From positions 496,001-560,000 of the forward strand of contig OZ316896.1 of NCBI GenBank assembly GCA_973895155.1: a DNA stretch of 64,000 nt, read 5' to 3'. This document shows positions 11,701 through 22,500 of this stretch, piece after piece. Positions within the stretch are counted from its first letter, which is position 1; every line of letters begins with the position of its first letter. The position numbers and the translations under genes were made by a program. This stretch comes from Marsupella aquatica. Lineage: Eukaryota > Plantae > Marchantiophyta. The notes under the pieces were generated by a model. The model saw only the letters and a program-made list of their open reading frames with translations, was not told where the DNA came from and did no database searches.

Positions 11701-12782
11701 GCAAGATGGTGAAACATTCTGCAAATTCTTGAGTGCTGCTCAGCAAAGGCACCAAAAGAAGCCCAAAAATATAATGGATTCATCTTTCTGTGATGGTCAG
11801 ATGGGGATCCGGTAGTGCCATCCGCAAACTCGCTTCACATCCTGAAGGCAATAGTTGACGTTTCAAAATGGTTGCATTTGGCTTTTTTCCGTCAACGCGC
11901 ACACATACAGAGGGTAGATAAATACTGGCAGGCCAGATTGGGGTCACCGAGAATATCGTTTCCATAGGGTCGTTCCACCGTCTGGAATGTTAAAAATTCA
12001 CCAAGGGCAACGAGGGTCCGCGACAAATTCCTCGATTGCAAGACCTCTCAAAAACCTCTGAGGTCTAATTCAACTAGCCATTCCACCTCTGGTAGAACGT
12101 TCCGGATAGACAACAAGGATGCTCAAGGATTGATCCGCAACGACTCCCTATCTCCAAAACCCAGCGCTGATGATTTCAGGGAAGGCTAGCCAGCTACCGA
12201 GAGTCGTGCAGCATAGTTCAGGAGCACGCGGCAGCCAGAGACGTCCTGGACAATGTAGCTGCTCTCCACACGCTCGCAATCGCATGGCATTCCCGGTAAA
12301 GGAGCTTGTCAACGAGAAAAAAGGAATCATGACCTAAAATGCTAAGAAAGGAGGGCTTTAGTCCCGACGGTATCCCAATTGGCCAAGCGAGTCAGTTGAG
12401 GGGCAACACATAAGAAGCAGAGGAAGGATAAAATTAGACCTAAAACGCTGAGAAAAGGGCCCCCTTCATACCCAACTGTGACCCAATTGATTAAACGGAA
12501 GGACACGGCGCATGAATTAAGACCATAACCCTACCTGGCTTTTCCCGGGCGGAAACTGAACCAAGTGTAAGACCCCGAGAACTTGGAGTCGATGTGCTCC
12601 AGGAGAACCGCCTCCGAAATCGAGGGGGGCAAATGGCGCAGCACCACCTTGGTGCGCGCCAGCGATTCCTTCATGGGGCTCTCCAAACTACGCCGCCGCA
12701 CTCCTCCTCCTCCGCTTCCTGGTCCACCTCCACCTCCTCCCCCACCGCCACTCTGCTCTTGTTGCGCCATGCTGTTCGGCAT
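5703..12782 (-). CDS. UPF3: Regulator of nonsense transcripts UPF3 (Smg4/UPF3 family), 11 coding exons, ~763-799 aa depending on the ATG used (12674, 12770 or 12782)
   Basis: N-terminal RRM-like UPF3 domain: RTKVVLRHLPP, ARAYVNFKKPEDV, DGHVFVNEKG, VEYAPYQRIPK, DPDYLEFLE, TPLMEFVRQRRAAK. Plant motifs RRVRNKDRPDRPVWTPRRRSD and C-terminal KQVWVAVQKSGSGT*. Exons 12782-12535, 11024-10918, 10485-10390, 9928-9821, 9657-9575, 9128-9021, 8684-8414, 8054-7873, 7325-6314, 6088-5949, 5747-5703; all GT-AG with consistent phases. Confidence 0.92.
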
Positions 12783-13343
12783 GCTCGTCGACCCGCCACC
12801 TCCATATCCGACCAGACTTTGCTCAAACGCACCACCACCACCGCGAAATCCCGCTCCTGCTCCTCCCTCCAGTACTGCTACTACTCCCACCACTACTCTT
12901 TTGCTCCTACGTCTCGCCGTCGTCCTCAATACTCCTCCTCGACGAGCTGCTTCTACTGCTGCTGCTCCGATGCCAACCAACGCTGTTGTTGACACCCTCG
13001 CGAGGCATTATCCACTCTCTCCTTCCCTCGCGTCGTGAGTGCGTCGCCAAGGGCCGCACTTTCTCATCGTCAGCCAGGCGAAGAGCGTGTCGCAAGCCGG
13101 TTCTCGTACAAAGGTCTGAGGTTCAATCCTGTCCTCTCGCGAGTCTGCGTGTGGCAGTTTTTTCTCACTTTAAGGGGGTGGGGGCGCACTGAGGGTCAGG
13201 AGCCTTTATTACGGGAGCCCCCAAAGACCAAAGTGGCCTGGATTGGGATGGCTTCAGGAGTTGAGGAGCGATACTGCGCGAGCTCAGCTGAGCTGTGCTG
13301 CACTATGGGGGCTGCACATTTTCAATGATCCTACGATCTTGGA

Positions 13344-13527
13344 TGGGAGTGAGTACTGTAGTGTACTTGTGTTTTTCTTTTTCTCAAAGGAGTTGTGAGT
13401 GGCCATGGGAGTGAGTAGTGTACTTGTTTTTTCTTTTCTTTTCTCAAAGGAGTTGTGAGTGGCCATGGGAGTGAGTAGTGTACTTGTTTTTTTCTTTTCT
13501 TTTCTCAAACGAGTTGTGAGTGGCCAC
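13344..13527. repeat. ~60-bp tandem repeat (3 copies) upstream of UPF3
   Basis: GGGAGTGAGTAGTGTACTTGTTTTT...TTTCTCAAAGGAGTTGTGAGTGGCCA repeated. Confidence 0.85.
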
Positions 13528-14142
13528 TGTACTTGGCTCCCACTTTGTTCCTTTCTTGGAAGGCATGTATTGTATTTTCTGTCATGAAACTTACGAAAGT
13601 AATGCTGGAATGGACCACCTCATGAACCTTGCAACCCAGATGCACCGGGTTAGTTATGAGAAAAACTATGGATTGTTTTACTAAGAAAAAGTGCTATGTC
13701 AGCACACAAAAGGTTTTGCGCAGTTCATCCAGGCATTTTGTCAAATGTTTAGGTCACGGGGGCCTCTATTTCTTAAAATATTAACCTTTGTGTGTGAATT
13801 GTTCCATCTCCCTAGATTTAAAACAAGATCTACTAGACTTGGTGACTAACCATCTGCTTTGTGCTCAGCACAGAGCAAGCTTCGATCTGCCTTTTGCTAA
13901 AGAATACACACTGCACACAGCCAGCATAAACAAATCTGGTGACTAAACCTCGATAAAGATTTGGCGGATAGAAGGGAGAAACCTCAATTCCTTTCTTTTT
14001 ATTGAGTCACAACAGGATCTTCCAGGTAAGATTTAGGTTGAAACTTTGCCTAGCAAAACATGGGTGGAGTGTTGCTGGACATGTAGCAAGGCTCCTGCAA
14101 TAACTTTTCTGCTCCTTTCTATGGAACCTTTCCCAAGTCCTG

Positions 14143-14350
14143 GTCACATAAAGTTGGTTGGTTTCAAATAGATTTTCCAAGGGAGCAAGGTCAATTAGGG
14201 CGTGTCAATGTTGTGCTGGGGGTGTGAGTTATGGGCCAGGGTACAGTCACATAAAGTTGGCTGGTTTCAAATAGATTTTCCATGGGAGCAACGTCAATTA
14301 GGGCGTGTCAATGTTGTACTGGGGAGAATGTGTTATGGGCGAGGGCACAG
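14143..14350. repeat. ~103-bp tandem duplication
   Basis: GTCACATAAAGTTGG...GTCAATTAGGGCGTGTCAATGTTGT...TTATGGGC occurs twice. Confidence 0.85.
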
Positions 14351-14589
14351 TATCATATAAATGCTGAGTGACAGGCCCTAAACTTATCCCTCCTACGTCG
14401 GGCCACACTAGGTTGACTTATTGAAGTTGTATATATTCCCTACTTACCACAAAGCAACATTCTATAACATTGCACCCAAATCACATCAAACTGAATCTTG
14501 CCATGAATTTTCAATGAGAAGCAGATTTTGCTATCAATGCAGCCCAAGAAATTCATTTCTTATGGAGATGGAGAAGACAACTTTGCTAA

Positions 14590-15730
14590 TTGCTATAGAC
14601 TTTCACCAAGCACACGTAGACATGGCAGACCTTGCTGGGCGTATGCACGCTTTCACCCTCTCCAGCATCCTCACCGAGGCACCTGACACGGACCGAACTC
14701 GGATTTTTTCTTCCGGAGGGAAGGGCGCAGGAGGCTGGCTTCAGGCCAATCCAGTCATTCCTCACCTGCAGATGTCTTCAGCGGAGTTTGCGACAGCCAT
14801 GCGTCTTCGTATGGGCTTGCCCCACCCACTTCTTGCTGGTTTACCTCCTACTTGCACTTGTGGGAAGCCTTGTGATGCCACAGGTGTCCATCTTCTTCGA
14901 TGCAGTTTGGGCGGCGAAACCATTTTTGTTCACGACGCTGTGAGAGATGCGACTGCTTAGGTTCTCTCTGGCTCTTTGGTCTGCGCGCGGCGGGAGGTGG
15001 TGCTCGAGTTACCTGGTCCTCCATCACAGCGGTTACGGGTGGATCTTACCATGGTCCGTGAAGGTCACCGTACTTTGGCAGATGTAGTGGTGGCAAACCC
15101 ATTGCGCCAAGACATCATTGGGACAGCGGCAACAACGGCAGGGGCAGCAGCATCACGAGCAGCAACAACGAAGGAGGCCAAATATGCTGCACGAGCTTCA
15201 TCTGATAGCTTCCTGCCCCTTGCTCTTGAGATATTTGGGCGTCTCCATCATCAGTTCGACAGGCTTCTTCGCCAAGCTGCTCGGGATGTTCACGGCCGGA
15301 TGGGTCCCAACGGGCCCCCGCTATCTGTTTTGACCACGCACTTTCGCCAATGCATTTCAGTCACCTTACAGCGTGCTCAAGCTCGGGCCGTCTATTGTCG
15401 ATCTCTGACAGTGGGTGCTAGTGTGACTCCGCAGCGGCTAGCCCCCCTAGAGGACATTCCTGTCCCACTTGTCGATCTAGTTTCAACACTTGATGTAGAC
15501 CACTAGCTTGTTGCCACATTTGCTAGGTATGATGAGGACCTCGGTCCATTTGCGGTAGTTTGAGTTCCTCTTTCTTGGTTTTTAGGGGTTTCCTTTTGCT
15601 CACTTCTTTTAGTTCCTCTTTCTTGGTTTTTAGGGTTTCTTTTTGCTCACTTCTTTTGCGTTTGGTTTTATCCACTTGGGACCTCTCTTGTTTATTCTTT
15701 TGTACTCTATTTGGCCTTTTTCTGTAAAAA
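14590..15730 (+). mobile_element. 5'-truncated non-LTR retrotransposon with restriction-like endonuclease (CRE-clade-like), pseudogenised
   Basis: ORFs 14421-14960 and 14976-15506 share a frame and are separated by one TAG. Motifs: GAGGWLQANP, MSSAEFATAMRLRMGLP, zinc knuckle CTCG...HLLRC...HDAVRD, RLE-like RVDL...LADVVVANP, KEAKY...FLPLALEIFGRL, FRQCISVTLQRAQA. A T-rich 3' UTR follows. Boundaries are approximate. Confidence 0.8.
15562..15657. repeat. ~48-bp tandem duplication in the 3' UTR of the RLE element
   Basis: AGTTCCTCTTTCTTGGTTTTTAGGG(G)TTTC.TTTTGCTCACTTCTTTT occurs twice. Confidence 0.8.
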
Positions 15731-18700
15731 GTATGTGTATATTTTCTTCATCTGCCGCAAACTGAAGTGCTGGATGATCTGCATTTTAGCCTCATAGTCC
15801 GGATCTTCAGTTATAATAAGGGATCCCGCTTTTTTTCGTCCTTTGTCCCAATACAAAACAGCTCCTGGGTGGAAAAGATCCACAGCCATTGGATTCGTTT
15901 GAGTGTTTACCCTGACCATTGATGGTGAAATGGGCACCCCTGGCGCATATGTGTTTCTCACGCTGCCCCATAAATGCCCCGGCCCGATTCCCTATGGTCC
16001 GGGCCTCCTTGTGCCGTGCAAAGCATGGGCATAGGGCTCATGTCCCAATGATTGGACAACTAAAGCATCCAGTATTTCAAGAGGGCACACCCCCCACCCC
16101 AAAAAAACCAAAAAAATGGCAGAAAAGGTCTCCCACCCTCACTGTGATTGGTTGTTGCCAGTCACTTACTATAGTTTTGTGTTCTATAGTTCAAGATGCA
16201 TCCATGAATTTGTAACAAGTGTTGGAGTCACAACCTCATCTAAAATTATGGATTGTCTAGATTATGTGCTACCGTAGGTGAAGCCCGAGTGTAGATTGTC
16301 TCCCAAAGGCATATTTCCCTTGGACAATGCTGTTGTATGAGGGCTCTAGGTTGCTTTAACATTGACATAGATTTATTCTGAACTATGTTTTTGCTGTAAA
16401 CATTCTATTACCACTATAGTTAATGCCCTGGACAACCTGTCTAAGCATTAAAAGGTTTATACTGCAACTTTGTGCTAAAGCTAAAGTTCTACAAGCAACA
16501 GAAAGATAATCCTGGGAACGTTTTGAGAAGAGTGGCTGCGCTTCACATTTGTTGCCAACATTTCACATACGTTCATTCTTTTGGCCTATGACTGACTGTT
16601 GCTGGTCAATTAAAATACGATTCTATGTGTGGTTTGGATGGATACAAATTGGTATCATGCTGAGTTACAATCTTAGGGTGGGTTTACAAGACTTGGGGGC
16701 ACTTGACATTTTTTCACCAAAGCAAATTGGAGGCCCACTTGTTGCTCTGAAGATAAAGCGGGACTAAATTTTGAGATTAAGTTCAATAAATGCCACTCAC
16801 GTGCATGAAGGAGCAATGTTGGGAAATATTTGAACCAACTCCCAAGGTGATCTAAAATTCCAGACAAAATAAACATTTCACATCAACATTTACTTGAGCC
16901 CACTACTTACCATGAAGGGTTGGTAGACACCCGCCCTGAATGGGCCTGGGAGTTATTGCAAAGCAAATTATAGCTGTTTTCACTCATTAGAGATCCAGAT
17001 TTAATCTCAAAGAAGATAAAAACAGACAAATGGGCCCCACAAAATGTATAAAGCCACCCTTAATCTAGGTTGTGTGTATTGTGAACCATGGTAAACTCTC
17101 CCTATATGCATATGCTAACAAGGCTTAGTGCTCTATCTACATGCATTCCTTGGGGAAGCAGGTGTTCCCTCACTATCCTATTTATAAAGCACCAACTACA
17201 AGCTAGAGTTGTGACCTAAGTTTCTAGAGTGAAGTCTCTAGAGGGTAACTTTATGTCTCATCATACATGGTAGGAAAAGTCATGACTATGATATATGTCA
17301 AATGATAATCATACATACTTTTTGTCATTATTTCTATTTGCATTAAAAAATGGGTTGTATGTCCCCACCATAACATATGTGCATAGGAAAGAATATTGTA
17401 TGTTATGTATGATTATTATATGATGACATGCATGATGATTTTTTTAACATTCAAAGAATGTGAGTAAGGTGTGTATTTTAGTGATATTTTTATTGTCCTT
17501 CCCTCTATGCATGTTCAAAGAAGGGGTAATCTGGGCTAGTTGGGTGAACTAGAGAACTCACAAAGGGAAACGTGAAACAATGGAGACTAGAACAGCTTGT
17601 GCACAAGGGCACAACCGCATATCTCAAAGGGAACATATTTTCAATTTGGATAATTCAGTATGGATAAGTAGAGTTCACATTGATTTTGCATTTTACACAC
17701 TTATCTTCTAATGAGTGGAGTGGTCTCTATGAATGCAGACATAGTTCGAAGGGTCTCCATCATTGCCAAAACATGAAATTGAAATGACTTTGTTTGGTGC
17801 TTTATGCATTTTCAAATGGAGGAGTTTCTTTAGGTGTCTCTTTGGGTAATTTCCTTCAAACTGCATTGGGATCCTCTCCTCCCTCCCAAAGTTCAGCCAA
17901 GGAAGAGTCAACTGTACGTTTTTGGTTTTCAGTTGTTCAATAAAAAAGTTCGTTGAAAAGGAAGCCATATCTGGATCCCATAATGTGCACTGACTGTACA
18001 GGAATTGGTCGCTTGGACGAAGTTGATAATCTTTATAGGGTACCACAGGTCGCCTTGGTTAAAGTGAGGTCATTTCACCCTATAAAACCTGGTGCGCAAG
18101 ATTCCTGACCTTGCTCCCCTGCATGTGGGTTGGTCAATTGATTGTCAGTATACTGCTGTAGATTCCTTTCGACAAACGAAAAGGAAAAAGCTCGCAGTCA
18201 GTTTGTGAACGGCGAATAGCATACTCGGAAGAGCGTTTGCCCTACCCCGTCGATTCGGGAAAGGAACGGTTCGGATTCAAAGGTCGGTCGCTGTGGCCAT
18301 TAACTTCGACTGAGCTACCGTCAGCTCCGTCATCAGGGGTCTGTGCGCAACACCCGTGACTCCGCTGTAGATTTGGTCTTCGTGGAGGAGTAAAAAATGC
18401 CGTTCAAACCAGGAACGAGAAAATTACCGGTCGCGCCACAGCAGACTGGGTTTCCACCGAGGTGTAAAAATCCCGTTCGAAGCGGGAAAAGGAAGTCACC
18501 CGTGAGATTGTGAAAATATGCGATTAGAATGCTTGAAAGCTGATCGTCGATGCAGAAGCGGACGGCCACGATGGCTCTGCGTTTCATGGATTGGTGCTTT
18601 TTGTGTTGACGTAACTGTGACTTGGGGATCTCAGGGAGGGGAACGAGGGTCGTTGGGAGTCGCGCCGGACACAGCGAGGAGAACGAGCTCGCTCGATCTC

Positions 18701-19585
18701 GGCGGGATGGAACAGTGGGATCGAGTGCGTGCGTGAGAACGTTATACGGAGGTGTGTGATTTGGTAGGTGGGGATGATGAGACAGAGAGTCTCGATCGAT
18801 TGTACTGTACAGTTGGGAAGCACGAAAGAGGTTTGCTGTGATGCACCAACAAAGAAAGGAGCAGCAGCGATGGGATTAAGCTACCGAATGGGAGCGTCGC
18901 AATCTCTGCTGCTGCTCGGAGGCAGTAATGCGGCAGCTGACCACTGACAGACTTGACTGCCCCTCTGATTGCGAGCTACTACTACCCGACTTCTGCTCAG
19001 CAGCTAATTACTGAAACGACTTATTCCTCGTCGTCATCGTCCAGGAGTGGAAGACGAGGTGATGCTAGTGCCGTGGGAAGAGGAGGAAGGACGACGAGCG
19101 GGAGCAGGAGCTGCAATGGTGCAACAATAGTGGTAGGAGGCCCACAGTGGTACCGACAGTCATTGCATTCATCGTGGAAGAAAGATCGGCGAGACGGGCG
19201 GAGGTGGGCGATTCCTTCGGAGGACTGTCTTGGCCTGAGAGAGGAGCAGGAGGAGGAGGTGCATTTTAGAGGAGAGAGTGTTCCGGACAGGCTGCATGAG
19301 CGGAGGATTCAGAGGAGAAGGTTCCGATCGGGAGGCTGCATTGGTGGATGACTTAGAGAGCTTGGGGGGAGAGGAGGAGGAGGCGGAGGCGGAGGAGGAG
19401 AAGAGCACGGAGGAAAGTCATCGCATGTGCTTTCGGCTCCCGCTCTTGGGAAAATGCTATTCGGGTACAGTTCTCAGAGGGAAACACCGGATCGGACGTC
19501 GGCACCGGCTGTATGCAATTATATGTGGTAGATAGGTAGGTACTACTGTAGAGCGAACATATGCGTCTGTTTTGCTAAGGGCGTG

Positions 19586-22500
19586 ATGATGGCGTCGACA
19601 TCGGCCTCGAAGGCGAGGACTAGTTCTCCCTTTCGCTTCAGGAAGCCGGCATCCTTGAATGGAAAGCTGCCGGGTATGGGAGGAGGTGGGGCAATCCCGA
19701 CGCCTACACATTCCTCATCCTCTTCACAAACGCCGAGCTCCATGACGAAATCTTGCTCAATTGTGGGACGCTCTCTCACTCCAAACCGTGCTAGAAATGC
19801 GCTACTCGCGAGCACTAACTCGAGCTCGATTACTCCTCAGCGCTACCGAGTGAGCTCTACGACGGTCTCTCCGGCGGCCTCCGCGACTAGCCCATTGACT
19901 CCCACTTCGGAGCGGATGGACTATCTAGGTGTCCGTGCCAAGGAGAATGTAGCCGTCACCGTCCGCTTTCGCCCGCTCAAGTGAGTTTGCGTCCTCCCCT
20001 GTCTAACATTGTGCGATTGATTAAGCGATTGATAACACGTCGCTCGCAGTGTGCCTTCTGATTCTGGGCTCCTCTTTTCACAGCGTTCTCTGCGACTCGC
20101 AGTGGTCTTTTGATTCATGGTGTTCTATCTGAGTCAATTGTGCGTTTGGATTCACATCGCGCTGTCTGTACCTTTGCCCGGTTGCTTTTAAGAGAGCTTG
20201 ACCTCAAATGAGACACCCAATTTGCGCTTTGCATTGTGCAAGACTGCTCTCCTTGTCACAGTCTACTGTACTGTCTCATTCGAGTTTGCTTTCCGTGCAT
20301 TCCTCCCAACCAAATTTGCAATGAAGAAAAATTCCCAATTTGTGCTTCATGATGCTTATTAAGATCGAAAGATGTCGTACGCCTAAGGATCTCGCTCTCT
20401 AACCTCAAAGTGAAGTAGAAGCGGCGTACTGAAAGGTTTCAAGAAAGTTCGGCGGGGCTTCGAAAGGACAGGACAATGCAAGGGAGTTGCGCTACTGGCA
20501 CATCAGATAAGATTAGATCCGACTATTAGGGAGGATAGAGTGCACGGAAGGAGCCAACCTGCGGAACCGCGGTGGAGATGGAGAGACTTTGCCATCGTCA
20601 AAGATCCGGTTACGTCTTAGACGAGCCATTTTAGGGAGGCCGAGAAGATGACAGACAGACAATGTCCAACATTCTAAAGCGTTTACTGGACTGTGTATTA
20701 GAGAGAAAGGCAGAGGTAGGCTGCTTGTCTGGCTGGGCCCAAAGGTAGGCAAACTGGGAACATAGCCGCGTTTGGAAGGAACCTCGAGCGATTGAAAGAC
20801 AGAAGTTGTCGGGACGATTCGCAGTGGAGATGGACATTCCACCTATCACTACCTCACGAGAAGAAGCTGACAAATAAAGACAATTTCCTCAAGCTTAATC
20901 ACGATGAACACAATCTATACCACGGGGGTCTGAGCTGAGCGGGGGCATAACAATGGAAACACGTTGGATGTCCAACTCGTATAGAGGACAGAGTAAGGGA
21001 CAAGGAAGAGGTTTCTACACAATCAGCTTCAGTTCCATAGATCGAGACGTGGCTGTTGGTTGATTCTGTGACTGAGTGATCCGGAGTATTTCCCCGCGTA
21101 GTTTAGGACGCAACCCACGAAGCCAGACTGTCGAATTTCGAATGTGTATCAAGGAGTTCAGGTGGCGCCGAAGGGTTTTTCCCAATTGCGAGGGTCAACA
21201 TTCCTTCAGCCGGAAGGACTTCAGAGACCTCTCGTCCAACTTAGGGCGGGTCCCATGCTTTGCGATTATAGCAGTGTACTACGCTGCGGCTCCCGCTTCC
21301 GGAGTCTTGTAGATCTGGAGCGGGAACTGTCGGGCCCATTAGGAAAGCAAAACTCGCTTTACTAAATAAATTAACTTTTGATCGTTGATTGGGGAATTTG
21401 TGTCGGTGGGTCTTAAGGAGAATTTGGTGGTCTTCTTTGTCTTGTGTAATTCTACTGGAAGTTGAAGGAGGTGTCAGTTTCTGGGGTGAGCATGGGAGCA
21501 GATTTCTGAAAGGAAAGTCTGCTCGAAACATTGCAGAGGTGATGAAGAATAAGAGTTGTAGTTCTAACAAACGAAAGGCTTAATGCTCGATATCTTGCAA
21601 GTTCGCTGGGGCTGGTCAGTTGAGAAACGTGTGTTCAGGAGGTTCGGTGACGAGGCCAGGTGTTCAGACAAACTAGGAGTACTGCAAATGTTTTAAAACT
21701 GACTTACTTTGAAACCGTTTTTGAAACATTGAAATAAAATGTTTGGGAAACTGTTTTGGACCAACATTAAAAATTGCTCTTCCTCAACAGTTCACGGGAG
21801 ATTCAGCGTGGAGACGAAGTAGCATGGTATGCAGACGGAGATACGTCTGTGAGAAGCGAATACAATGCTTCAACAGCATACGCGTTTGGTGCAATATCTC
21901 TCCCCCTGCTACGTATTTTGAAGAGTCTTGTTGGAATTCTTTGAAGTAAAGGGATGTTAGCATGCATGGTCTCTGGTAATAAACGGAAAACTAACTAGCA
22001 ACCAAAAGTCGTCTCACCTGGTGAGCAACTCTCTGTCTCCATGGCAGATAGAGTTTTCGGGCCGGCTACAACAACTCGCGGTGTATATGATGTGGCTGCG
22101 CAACTTGTTGTCCAGGGAGCTATGGAGGGCGTCAATGGTAACTTTCCGACCTTTCTCCAAAATCAAGGAGCTGTGTAACTCTAAACCCCTGAATCCTGAA
22201 TTTAATGAGGACTAAGTACAAGAACTTCTCTCCTAATGAACTCGCAAGCGCTCAAAGTCAACCTTTCTTCGGGAACCAATAGAAGAAGAAGAAAAAGTAA
22301 AATGAAGAGAATATGGTTTCAACTCAAGGAATCACTTCAAACGCATCTATAATTCAATGGTCTGGCCAAGTTGAGTGATTCGCCTTGGACAGACCTTGGT
22401 ATCTGTCCCACTTTGAGTATTCTAGCCTTGCACTCACTGCGAAGAATTTGTTAGAACGCAGGCATGGTTTACACCCCTTTGCTGGACCAGCACGAATCAC

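Noticed and set aside
11965-12150. Possible MITE in UPF3 intron 1 (TAGGGTCGTT...AACGACTCCCTA)
   Set aside because: The inverted ends are short and imperfect, and there is no clear TSD.
12583-13038. Pro-rich plus-strand ORFs
   Set aside because: Antisense of the Gly-rich first exon and leader of UPF3.
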